In this document: in pieces, positions 10,124-19,298 of the stretch
Position numbering within the stretch: the first letter of the stretch is position 1
How the letters are laid out: each line of letters starts with the position of its first letter
Assembly (NCBI GenBank): GCA_033764315.1
Contig: JANRJA010000075.1
Location: 1-64,000, forward strand
Direction: 5' to 3'
DNA: 64,000 nt
DNA from: Oculatellaceae cyanobacterium bins.114
Lineage (GTDB): Bacteria; Cyanobacteriota; Cyanobacteriia; Elainellales; Elainellaceae
Made by a program: the position numbers and the translations under genes
Notes under the pieces: generated by a model
Seen by the model: the letters and a program-made list of their open reading frames with translations, nothing else
Databases searched by the model: none
Told to the model about the DNA's origin: nothing

Positions 10124-10864
10124 GTGATGGGTTCCATGACTGACGCTGAGATTGAAGCAGCCTTAGCAATCGCATTCAGCCAATGCGAAGCGGCTGGAAT
10201 TCCGTTAGAGGGGCGGCAAAAAGCAATTTTGCTGCATGTGATGGCGCAGATTCTGCAAAATGGGGCTGCTGCCATGACTCGTGCGGGAAGCTATGAAGCA
10301 AACACCAATGGCGACCGTCGTCTAGTCTCAGACGTTGAGGAAGGAATTAACCCTTTAGAAGACCTGACTCAAAAGCAGCGTCAAGCACTTCTACAATTCA
10401 TCCAAGACCATGATACTCAGGAGTATCCCTGGAAGATTCAGTTGTTAAATGACTGGCTGCAAGGACAAGATTCTGGTGCTGTGCAGTTTGTGCGGGAGGA
10501 GCTTGGACTTCAGTGGTTAGAACGAGTACAGCCGGTGCATATCGCTCAATATGCCGATGAGCTGGAGTTAAAGCTAAAGGTGGGCGATCGCATTGAGGTG
10601 TCAAACAGTTTATGGGAGTGGGTGCAGGATGATGGCCCCTGTTGCCGAGAATGGTATCCCTGCACAGTGGTGGCGATCGCAGAGGGAATATCGGATGCTC
10701 CTCTAACGGAGGCTGTTGAGAGTGACGCTTCTAACATGTCTGACGCTTCTAACATGTCTGACGCCCCGTCTACAAGTTGTACAGTTCGCTTTGACAACGG
10801 CAGTGAGTATGAAATTCAAGCAGTGTATAGCTGGAATCAATATCAATGGCGTTGGGCAAGGTAA
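10124..10864 (+). CDS. Hypothetical protein with C-terminal SH3/Tudor-like beta region
   Basis: 246-aa ORF; LKVGDRIEV...WYPCTVV...CTVRFDNG pattern; 3' end overlaps aroE by 22 bp. Confidence 0.7.
   Translation: MMGSMTDAEIEAALAIAFSQCEAAGIPLEGRQKAILLHVMAQILQNGAAAMTRAGSYEANTNGDRRLVSDVEEGINPLEDLTQKQRQALLQFIQDHDTQEYPWKIQLLNDWLQGQDSGAVQFVREELGLQWLERVQPVHIAQYADELELKLKVGDRIEVSNSLWEWVQDDGPCCREWYPCTVVAIAEGISDAPLTEAVESDASNMSDASNMSDAPSTSCTVRFDNGSEYEIQAVYSWNQYQWRWAR
10723..10764 (+). repeat. In-frame 18-bp tandem repeat (tgacgcttctaacatgtc x2.3)
   Basis: Read directly; encodes SDASNM repeats. Confidence 0.9.
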
Positions 10865-11709
10865 GAGAGCAGGGCTTGGCGCATGATATCTATCGGGACA
10901 GCTTGTTGTAACCACAAGTCTAGGGCTGCGGCTCCCTGTTGCACTAACATTTCTAAGCCGTCAAGCCTGATCGCCCCTTGTGCTTGAGCCATCTGCAAAA
11001 ACTTTGTAGGGCGTGGGGTATAGATCAAGTCATAGGCGATCGCTCCTGCTTGTAGAGCTTGAATCTCACGCTCACTTAATGGGGCTTGCTCGATTTTGGG
11101 AGACATGCCGATGGGGGTTGTGTTGACGACTAAGTTGGCTTGTGGCAACAGGGCAGGCAAATCGCTCCACAGATGCACAGACAGATGGGAGGCAAGAGGG
11201 GAATTGCCCCAACTCGTGCGAAATGTCTCCAATCTCTCCGAGTCACGTCCTACCACCCAGATTTTGGCACACCCTAACTGAGCACAGCCTGCCACGATGG
11301 CTCTGGCAGAGCCACCATTACCTAACACCAGGGCGATCGCGTCACTCCAATCTCGCTGCATCGCTTTTAAGGGAGCCATAAACCCAAGCACATCTGTATT
11401 GGTGCCCCACCATCCTTGCTCAGTCCAACAGACGGTGTTGACCGCTCCGATCGCCTGTGCCACCTCTGACACCTGGTTGAGCAGGGGAATGACCGCTTGT
11501 TTGTGGGGAATGGTCACATTAAATCCTTGTAGACCAATCGCTTGAAACCCGGCGATCGCCTGTTCTAGTCGATCGGGGGCAACTGGCAAAGGGAGGTAGA
11601 CATAATCAACCCCCAACTGGGCGATCGCGGCATTGTGCATGATGGGCGACAATGAGTGTTCTATGGGATGACCCACAACTCCCAATAATTTGGTTGTACC
11701 CGAAAGCAT
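10843..11709 (-). CDS. aroE: Shikimate dehydrogenase
   Basis: HSLSPIMHN, GFNVTIPHK, GAVNT, NTD and GLEMLVQQG motifs. Confidence 0.95.
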   Translation of the reverse strand: MLSGTTKLLGVVGHPIEHSLSPIMHNAAIAQLGVDYVYLPLPVAPDRLEQAIAGFQAIGLQGFNVTIPHKQAVIPLLNQVSEVAQAIGAVNTVCWTEQGWWGTNTDVLGFMAPLKAMQRDWSDAIALVLGNGGSARAIVAGCAQLGCAKIWVVGRDSERLETFRTSWGNSPLASHLSVHLWSDLPALLPQANLVVNTTPIGMSPKIEQAPLSEREIQALQAGAIAYDLIYTPRPTKFLQMAQAQGAIRLDGLEMLVQQGAAALDLWLQQAVPIDIMRQALLSYLAQRH

Positions 11710-11932
11710 AGGTTTAATTAAGATAGGAGAATAGAAATCGCGCAGGCATAGGAGTCCGGTTAAAGATTATAAGGGTTAGAACAAGCGCAAACGTAAACAT
11801 CCAAGAAGGGATAGACTAGATTTCTCAAACGTTAGTGATTTGTTTTGGGTTTCTTCTCCTTCTATCCGAACGAGGTATCAGACCCCCTAGGATTGTGTGT
11901 CAAAATCAGTAAACGATGCATATTCGGTTACC

Positions 11933-14134
11933 ATGCTGGGAACTTTGCTAGGTGGGCGTTATAAGATTATTGCGGTTTTAGGGGCTGGCGGCTTTGGTCA
12001 GACCTATTTGGCAGAAGATACCCAACGGCCAAATAACCCTCAGTGCGTGGTCAAGCAATTTAAGCCAGCTAGCCAAGATTCTCGCTTTTTAGAAGTTGCT
12101 CGTCGTCTCTTTAACACTGAAGTCGAAACCTTACGTCGCTTAGGGCAGCATGATCGCATCCCAGAACTCTATGGTTTCTTTGAGGAAGACCATGAGTTTT
12201 ATCTGGCGCAAGAGTTCATCGATGGCACGGCGTTAAGCGATGAATTTATTCGGAATGGGCGATTGAGCGAAGCAGAAATTCTCGATCTACTCAAAGATGT
12301 GCTGGGAACGTTGGAGTTTGTGCACACGAATCGAGTGATTCACCGAGACATTAAACCAGCCAACCTGATTCGGCGTAAGAGTGACGGCAAGATTGTCTTA
12401 ATTGACTTTGGTGCTGTTAAAGAAATTCAGACTCAAATTGTGAGTGAGCCAGGGCAAAGCAGCTTTACGGTTGGCATTGGCACCCAGGGCTATACCCCGG
12501 CTGAGCAACTTGCAGGCAAACCCCGATTTTGTAGTGATATCTATGCTCTGGGGATCACGGCAATTCAGGCTCTCACAGGGTTGCAGCCCTCACAAATCAA
12601 TGAAGATGCTGATACCTCTGAATTGTTGTGGCAAGAGCATGTCACGATTAGCCCTGGTTTAGAATTCATTCTCGATCGCATGGTGCGCTATCACTACAGC
12701 CAGCGTTACCAATCGGCGGCTGATGTGCTGACTGCTCTGCAAAGAATGTTAGAGTTGCCGACTGACATTACAGAGGTGTCACCTTCTTTGTTACTGCCAG
12801 AGTCGCTATTGCGGCAGGAAACGTTTCTAGACTCCCCTCTTGATTGGCGCAGCAAGCTTAAGCGAGGGCTAAAAGTAGTGGCGATCGCCAGTGTGGCGGT
12901 GGGTGGGTTAGTGTTGGGTATCCGTCAACTAGGCGGCCTCCAGGGGCTAGAGATGGGGGCATATGACCAGATGATGCGCCTTCGCCCAGAGATGCCGCTC
13001 GATCCCCGGTTGCTAGTGGTTGAGATCTCAGAGCCAGATCTACAAAAACTCCAGCGGGCAACTCCCTCGGATAGTGACGTAGCCAAGGTTTTGGCAAACT
13101 TACAGCAATATCAACCGAGAGTGATTGGTTTAGACCTCTATCGAGATTTGCCTCAAGATACTGGACGTGAGCAACTGTTGGCTCAGCTGGGTGCTCCTAA
13201 TGTTGTTGTGATTACCAACTTAGGCAACCCACCCAAGTCTGATAAGGTGCCGCCACCACCTGGTATTCCCGCTGAGCGGGTTGGGTTTAACGATATCCCG
13301 ATTGACCAGGATGGGATTGTTCGGCGCAACTTGATGTTTGCCAGTACTGGAGGACAGGTCTATCACTCTTTTGCGCTGCGCTTAGCCCTACTTTATCTAG
13401 CGAAAGAGAACATCCTGCCGCGTAACAGCGAGCAAAATCCAGACTATATCGAGATTAATAACGTCACGTTTCCCATTCTGCAACCCAATGATGGCAGCTA
13501 TCAAGGATTAGACAATGCTGGATATCAGATTTTGCTGAACTATCGTGCTTCTCAGGTGGCTCAGCAGGTGACGTTTACAGATGTGTTGGCGGGCAATGTG
13601 AATCCTGAATGGGTGCGAGATAAGGTGGTGTTGATTGGCACGACGGCTCCCAGTAGTCGAGATGTGTTTGATACGCCCTATAGTGGGGGGCAGAGCCGAG
13701 ATTTTCAAATGGCTGGGGTGGTCATTCATGCTCAGATGGTCAGCCAATTGCTGAGCGCAGTGTTGGATGGCAGACCGTTGATTTGGTTTTTCTCAGATTG
13801 GCTAGAGGGAGTATGGATCGTCGGTTGGGCCGTTGTGGGTGGTAGTCTGGCCTGGTGGATGCGTCATCCAGTGTTATTGGGGCTTAACAGCACAGCCCTG
13901 TTGGTTGTGTTGACCGGGAGTAGTGCTTTGCTCTTTGTAAATCATGCTTGGGTGCCTGTAGTGGCTCCGGCGATCGCGTTTGTGGCTACCAATGCAGCAG
14001 TGACGGCTTATCGCTCGTATCGCACTCAGCAAGAAAAACAGGCATTGACCCAGATGTTTTGGAAAGATCGCCCTTTAGGAAGCGTGAGCCGACCGAATCC
14101 TAGCCATCCTAATCAAAATCCTAATCAGAAATAG
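11933..14134 (+). CDS. Hanks-type Ser/Thr protein kinase - TM - CHASE2 - 3 TM sensor
   Basis: LGAGGFGQTY, HRDIKPANL and DFG kinase motifs; CHASE2 motifs VIGLDLYRD, DQDGIVRR, KVVLIG, GVVIHA; three C-terminal TM helices. Confidence 0.93.
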   Translation: MLGTLLGGRYKIIAVLGAGGFGQTYLAEDTQRPNNPQCVVKQFKPASQDSRFLEVARRLFNTEVETLRRLGQHDRIPELYGFFEEDHEFYLAQEFIDGTALSDEFIRNGRLSEAEILDLLKDVLGTLEFVHTNRVIHRDIKPANLIRRKSDGKIVLIDFGAVKEIQTQIVSEPGQSSFTVGIGTQGYTPAEQLAGKPRFCSDIYALGITAIQALTGLQPSQINEDADTSELLWQEHVTISPGLEFILDRMVRYHYSQRYQSAADVLTALQRMLELPTDITEVSPSLLLPESLLRQETFLDSPLDWRSKLKRGLKVVAIASVAVGGLVLGIRQLGGLQGLEMGAYDQMMRLRPEMPLDPRLLVVEISEPDLQKLQRATPSDSDVAKVLANLQQYQPRVIGLDLYRDLPQDTGREQLLAQLGAPNVVVITNLGNPPKSDKVPPPPGIPAERVGFNDIPIDQDGIVRRNLMFASTGGQVYHSFALRLALLYLAKENILPRNSEQNPDYIEINNVTFPILQPNDGSYQGLDNAGYQILLNYRASQVAQQVTFTDVLAGNVNPEWVRDKVVLIGTTAPSSRDVFDTPYSGGQSRDFQMAGVVIHAQMVSQLLSAVLDGRPLIWFFSDWLEGVWIVGWAVVGGSLAWWMRHPVLLGLNSTALLVVLTGSSALLFVNHAWVPVVAPAIAFVATNAAVTAYRSYRTQQEKQALTQMFWKDRPLGSVSRPNPSHPNQNPNQK

Positions 14135-14144
14135 AGGAACGACG

Positions 14145-15440
14145 GTGGCTGTTCCCAATGTGCTTCCTGGTATCACCTTAAGTCGGCAACAGCGTAAAGT
14201 GTTGCGGCAACTTGAGAAATTTACCCGTGGTCAAGAAAAACTGTATTTATTGACAGGCTATGCTGGGACGGGCAAAACGACGTTGTTGCAAGCGTTAATC
14301 AAGCGGATGCGCGATCGCGGTGACCATCGCAAAGTCGTTTTTACAGCCTTTAGCAATAAAGCCACTAAAGTTTTAGAACGCATGTCAAATCAGTGGAATC
14401 TTGAGATTGACTGCATGACCTGTTGCAAATTGCTGGGGTTGCGACCCGACATCGATACCACTACAGGCAAACAAGTGTTTAGAGCCGATCGCACAGGTGA
14501 AAATCATTTTGATCGCTATCGTTTAGTGATCGTAGACGAAGCTTCTATGATCAATGCTGAGATGTGGGATCTGTTGGTTGCAGCCGTCTCTACCCTGACG
14601 CAACAGACACAACTCTTATTTGTGGGTGATATTGCCCAATTGCCTCCGGTTAACGAACCTGAGTCTCACGTTTTTACCCAGATTCATCATCGCTCTGACT
14701 TAACGGAGGTGATGCGCTATGGCGGTGCGATCGCCTTACTCGCTGAATCGATTCGCAACAACCTCACCACTCAACAACTGCCCCCATTCGCCACAGATAC
14801 CAATGGCGATCGCACTGAAGGCACCTTCTGCGTTCCCACGTCAGAATGGGAACGGTTACTGATTAAAGCCTTTCAAAGTGAATCCTATAAAAATGATCCC
14901 GACTATGTCAGAGCGTTGGCTTATACCAACAATCGGGTCAACGCCCTGAATCAGAGAATTCGGACTGCCATCTATGGAGCGCGATCGCCTCGTTTTGTCC
15001 CCGGTGAACGGCTCGTTGCTAACACCCCCTACTTGATTCAAGACAGTGTTTTGCTTCAAACTTCCAGTGAATGCGAGGTGGTAGATATCCACCCTGGGCA
15101 GCAAGGAAGCTGGTCAGTCTGGTTCTTACACGTCCTCACGGATGAGGGTAAATATCGCGACATTACTGTCCTTCACGAGGTCAGCCAATCCCAATTTCAG
15201 CGACTTTTAGAGGCTTATGCCAGTGAAAAACGGTGGCAAGAATTTTGGGAATTAAAGAATTTATTTGCCGATCTGAACTACGCTTACTGTCTGACCATTC
15301 ACAAATCGCAAGGCTCGACCTTTCAAAATGTGTTTGTCGATGTCTCTAACGCTCTGATCAACCGCAACGTTCGAGAGCGCAATCAATTGTTGTATGTAGC
15401 AGTGACCCGTGCTGCCAAACGGTTGTTTATCTGTCAGTAG
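14145..15440 (+). CDS. RecD-like / Dda-like superfamily 1B DNA helicase
   Basis: Walker A GYAGTGKT, DEASM, GDIAQLPPV, TIHKSQGSTF and LYVAVTRA motifs; GTG start after gagg. Confidence 0.9.
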   Translation: MAVPNVLPGITLSRQQRKVLRQLEKFTRGQEKLYLLTGYAGTGKTTLLQALIKRMRDRGDHRKVVFTAFSNKATKVLERMSNQWNLEIDCMTCCKLLGLRPDIDTTTGKQVFRADRTGENHFDRYRLVIVDEASMINAEMWDLLVAAVSTLTQQTQLLFVGDIAQLPPVNEPESHVFTQIHHRSDLTEVMRYGGAIALLAESIRNNLTTQQLPPFATDTNGDRTEGTFCVPTSEWERLLIKAFQSESYKNDPDYVRALAYTNNRVNALNQRIRTAIYGARSPRFVPGERLVANTPYLIQDSVLLQTSSECEVVDIHPGQQGSWSVWFLHVLTDEGKYRDITVLHEVSQSQFQRLLEAYASEKRWQEFWELKNLFADLNYAYCLTIHKSQGSTFQNVFVDVSNALINRNVRERNQLLYVAVTRAAKRLFICQ

Positions 15441-15572
15441 AGAGATGACTTGACACCCTCATACCCTTGCTCTTGCTGGTTACAAAAAGTGCAACTCAGC
15501 CCCAATCCGCTTGAACCTTAAATATCTTCTAGAGAAATAGGTTCACAGTACGACGTTTTAGAGCGTTGAAGG

Positions 15573-16994
15573 ATGGTGGTTATGAAAACAGGTTCTGGAC
15601 AATTTCTGATTCTATTAATGTTGGGTTTATTGGTTCCGATGCTCATCAACCGCGCAGCAATGGCAAACTCAACCCCTTCTAATTCTCAATCATCTCCTGA
15701 GAGAACACCCTCCTCTGAAATGGAGCGCGATCGCCACTATCAGGAGGTGATTCGGCGTACTGTGGATATGGTGCGTGACCCTGAAGCAACAGAGTTAGCA
15801 CGACGCGCTGAACTCGATATTTTAGATGTCACATGGGAAGACACAGGGCGTTATTACAACTCTGCGGTTGGGCCTAATATCAGTGATATGACCATTCAGG
15901 TGCAGCACCAAAACCCGGATACGGGTGAACTGAGATTGAATCTGATGCCTGTGATTCGTCATCCCAACTTTGCCGATAGAACGGCCGATATTCCCCTCGA
16001 TCGCTTCTTTTTATTAGTGGGCAATGAACAAGGGGAAGATCTGCGGCGCGTGTCATTGCGAGAGTTTTTGGGCAACATGCGCCAATATCTCAGTGAACCC
16101 AGTTCTTGGCGTGGCAGAGAGCGATCGCTGTTAGCCGATCGCGATACCCATGTGTTGGTGAGTGCTCAAGCTTGTTTTTTGCCTGTCCCTCAAGCGGGGA
16201 TGGCTCAATTTAATCCGGTGTTGTTTAACTATCAATCTTCGGCAGGCAACCCAGCCGTCTTAACCATTTTGGCGACCCGTGAAGGCACCAGCGTGACCAT
16301 CATTGACAATCAACGGGATGCTTTTGAGGCAGGGGCAACCTGGGGACAACGCCTTTTCTTTAACCATAATGGCGAACGAGCGAGCCTCACAGGTCAACGG
16401 ATTAGCGATTTTCGGCAAACTGAGGGGAATGATCCCACGGCTCCAGCACCAACCGCCGCTGGCGAAAGTGGCTTAAACATGGTGATGTTGATTCAAGTTC
16501 CCTTGCGCCACCGAGAACCGGAATATCGCCAAGGAGCCGTTGCTGCTGATGAGGCACTCATGGCTCCTCCTGCCCCGATGGCAGCGGCTAGTCGAGGGGG
16601 TAGTGATGTCGAAGCGGCAGTGATTGGGCATGGAGACCTGGAAGGTCCGTTTACTGAAATTGCTGGATTGCCGATCGAGCGTGATCCTCGCTTCCCGATT
16701 CGGGTGACGGTGCAGTTTTATAAAGCAACGAGTAATGGAGTGGTTTCACCCACCGATATTCAAGAGATTCGCCAGCAGATTGCCAAGATCTATGATGATG
16801 CTGATTATGTCGGCAGTTTAGTGGTCGATGGTGCCAGCGATCGCCCCACAGAATACGATGGTTCTCATGTTGAACCCAGTGACTGGTGGCAAGAATTTTG
16901 GCAACGCTATGAGCAAAATACAGGACGATCGCGGACTGAGGCGATTGAGCTGTTTCGTTGGCTCAGGGGGGAAAGCGATCGCCGCAGTGAATAA
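15573..16994 (+). CDS. Exported hypothetical protein (WEDTGR...GPNISDMT motif)
   Basis: 473-aa ORF with a signal-peptide-like N-terminus; no function recognised. Confidence 0.8.
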   Translation: MVVMKTGSGQFLILLMLGLLVPMLINRAAMANSTPSNSQSSPERTPSSEMERDRHYQEVIRRTVDMVRDPEATELARRAELDILDVTWEDTGRYYNSAVGPNISDMTIQVQHQNPDTGELRLNLMPVIRHPNFADRTADIPLDRFFLLVGNEQGEDLRRVSLREFLGNMRQYLSEPSSWRGRERSLLADRDTHVLVSAQACFLPVPQAGMAQFNPVLFNYQSSAGNPAVLTILATREGTSVTIIDNQRDAFEAGATWGQRLFFNHNGERASLTGQRISDFRQTEGNDPTAPAPTAAGESGLNMVMLIQVPLRHREPEYRQGAVAADEALMAPPAPMAAASRGGSDVEAAVIGHGDLEGPFTEIAGLPIERDPRFPIRVTVQFYKATSNGVVSPTDIQEIRQQIAKIYDDADYVGSLVVDGASDRPTEYDGSHVEPSDWWQEFWQRYEQNTGRSRTEAIELFRWLRGESDRRSE

Positions 16995-17095
16995 CACCTG
17001 AATACTCTACATCTAGAGCACACAGATGCAGTATGCTGATCCACATAGAAAAATCAGATTGTTTCTCAAAACAGTTCTGCGATTAGCGTTTATTC

Positions 17096-18262
17096 GTGTG
17101 CAGCATGGTTGTTGTGGCATCCCGATTGCGTATTTCCCGTCATTTGACTGCCGCTATCCTTGGTGGGCTAGGTATGCTTATAGGGGCGATCGCTCCGGTG
17201 GGGAACTGCGAGGCGATCGCGCTTCCCTCTGAGACGTTGCTGGCATCCCTACCCACTAATGCTGCCTCCTGGCAGTTAGCCCAAGCTCAGGTTCCTGAAG
17301 AATCAGTAGTGCCTGTCTACGAATTAGCCCCTCCCACTATGCAGCCAAATGCTGTTTTAGAGGATCCCGGCCTCCCGTCTTCTACAGAGGACTATTGGGT
17401 GGGCGCGCTGCATCGCGATCACAACGGCAATTTGTGGATTGGCTCATGGCAAGGGTTAGCCTGCATTGACCCTAACACAGGGGCAATTTTGACCCGCTTT
17501 GCGTTGACAAATAGCACGGTTGAGGCAATTGTCCAAGACCAGCGTCAACAAATTTGGATTGGGGCTTACGATGGCTTAAGACGCATTGACCCAGCCACTG
17601 GGATGGTCGCGCTTCAACCGCTAGCAATGCCCTCTGAACACATTCTGTCTTTGTTGGTCGATCGAAGAGGGTTGTTGTGGATTGGCACAGACTTTGGTTT
17701 AGCTCTGGTTGACCCTGAGCAAGGGGTGTTGATTACTACCCTGCAAACGCTTCCAGGTGGCACTGCCAACAGTCTGGTGTTAGATACAGACGGACATCTC
17801 TGGGCAGGGACGATCAATGGGTTAGTACAGATTAATACAGCTAGTGCCCTGGTCATAGGTCAGGTTACTCAATTGCCAGGGCAAATTGTTCAAGCCCTTA
17901 CGGTTGGGCAAGACAATATGCTTTGGGTAGGCACTCCAGCTGGGTTGTTAGTGGTCAATCCGACAACCAATACGGTGGTGCGCAATGTCACTCAATTTCG
18001 AGGGCGCAGCGTTACCTCGGTTCAGTTCGATCGCACCAATACTCTGTGGGTAGGGACTGAAAATGGGCTGTTCCAAGTCAATCAGAATAACGGTGCCATC
18101 CTGAGTCAAGTCCTCGATTTACCCTCCAGTCAAGTTCTAGATGTCATCCCTGATACGGGTAACAAAGTTTGGGTTGGCACAACTCAAGGGTTAGCGTGGG
18201 TTAGCCAAACCACTGGGCAAACCCGATCGCATCTTGCCTTTAGTCGCCGTAGTTTTGAATAG
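17096..18262 (+). CDS. Exported beta-propeller protein (two-component regulator propeller-type repeats)
   Basis: Seven repeats of D-x-x-G-x-LW(I/V)GT-x-x-GL. Start codon uncertain. Confidence 0.8.
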   Translation: MCSMVVVASRLRISRHLTAAILGGLGMLIGAIAPVGNCEAIALPSETLLASLPTNAASWQLAQAQVPEESVVPVYELAPPTMQPNAVLEDPGLPSSTEDYWVGALHRDHNGNLWIGSWQGLACIDPNTGAILTRFALTNSTVEAIVQDQRQQIWIGAYDGLRRIDPATGMVALQPLAMPSEHILSLLVDRRGLLWIGTDFGLALVDPEQGVLITTLQTLPGGTANSLVLDTDGHLWAGTINGLVQINTASALVIGQVTQLPGQIVQALTVGQDNMLWVGTPAGLLVVNPTTNTVVRNVTQFRGRSVTSVQFDRTNTLWVGTENGLFQVNQNNGAILSQVLDLPSSQVLDVIPDTGNKVWVGTTQGLAWVSQTTGQTRSHLAFSRRSFE

Positions 18263-18384
18263 CCAAGATCACAAACTGATCCGAAAATCATTAGATTAAT
18301 GAGGACGATCGGCAATTCAGCCGAAGTGGTTTTTGCCGTAATTCCACATAATTATGTGTATAAATTGCTACTGTACCACTGGTT

Positions 18385-18576
18385 ATGACTCCCCAAGAAT
18401 TTCGCCAACTCTATCTCAATTCTCAAGATCAATTAGGCAACAACCTCCAGACCCTAACGACTCTCGCAAGCGAGTTTGGGTCTGTGATTGAGCAAATTAA
18501 TCAAAATTACGAAACCATCAATATCGCGCTTGATGCATTTCTTAATCAACTGGAGGCTCAGCCGGGGGAAGAGTAG
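18385..18576 (+). CDS. Small helical hypothetical protein
   Basis: 63-aa amphipathic ORF with ATG start; overlaps the convergent gene. Confidence 0.55.
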   Translation: MTPQEFRQLYLNSQDQLGNNLQTLTTLASEFGSVIEQINQNYETINIALDAFLNQLEAQPGEE

Positions 18577-18940
18577 GATCCACGAAGCTACAGGCAACAC
18601 ATTGTTCTAAAACTTCAAGGCTGACAGGTTTTGTGAAATAGTGGGAAACCCCAAAGCTTTTGGCTTTTTGTTTCTCAGCTTCAAATGAATAGGCAGACAC
18701 AATGATAACTGGCGTTTTTCGCCAGGATGATTGGTTCAATTGTTCTAGTAGTGTAAACCCATCGACTACTGGCAACCTGAGATCGAGCACAATCAGATCA
18801 GGTTGAAACTTTGCCAGAGTAGACAAAAAACTGCATCCGTCTGCTAAGCCTTTAACCATATACCCTTTATGGCTAAAGAAGTCTTCGGTGAGTAAACGAT
18901 GGATGTGGTTGTCTTCAATGACAAGAATACGTTTGCTCAT
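18542..18940 (-). CDS. Single-domain response regulator (CheY/DivK-like)
   Basis: RILVIED, DLIVLDLRLP..DG, SA and KP motifs. Confidence 0.88.
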   Translation of the reverse strand: MSKRILVIEDNHIHRLLTEDFFSHKGYMVKGLADGCSFLSTLAKFQPDLIVLDLRLPVVDGFTLLEQLNQSSWRKTPVIIVSAYSFEAEKQKAKSFGVSHYFTKPVSLEVLEQCVACSFVDPTLPPAEPPVD

Positions 18941-19171
18941 GAAATTTTGACTCTGTGTTGCCTCCATGAATGGCTTTAGCTATTCAATGTTGTGCAGGAT
19001 ATTAGATCTTTGAATTTGGGCTAAGTTAGCGTGAAAGATTCACTCCCTTAAATTCTAATAAGATCTCTTGTTTCAAGTTAAAGGATGTTTGCAAAGCTTG
19101 GGACGATATCATTACTATTAGGAAATAAGCTTTCTAAATAAGAATTCCAGCCATCGTAGAAATCAATTATC

Positions 19172-19235
19172 TATAGCAGTCCTAAATCAGTTGTGAGAGG
19201 CGCACTCATCTCACAACCCATCTGCGATTGCTATA
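19172..19235. mobile_element. TATAGC-bounded MITE, short copy
   Basis: tatagcagtcctaaatcagttgtgaga...tctcacaacccatctgcgattgctata; same family as 22885-22977. Confidence 0.7.
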
Positions 19236-19298
19236 TTAAGGGTTGTCTATTTAGAGGAGTTACTTTTGTTAACCATTGTCTAGGCGATATCCAGGCAA

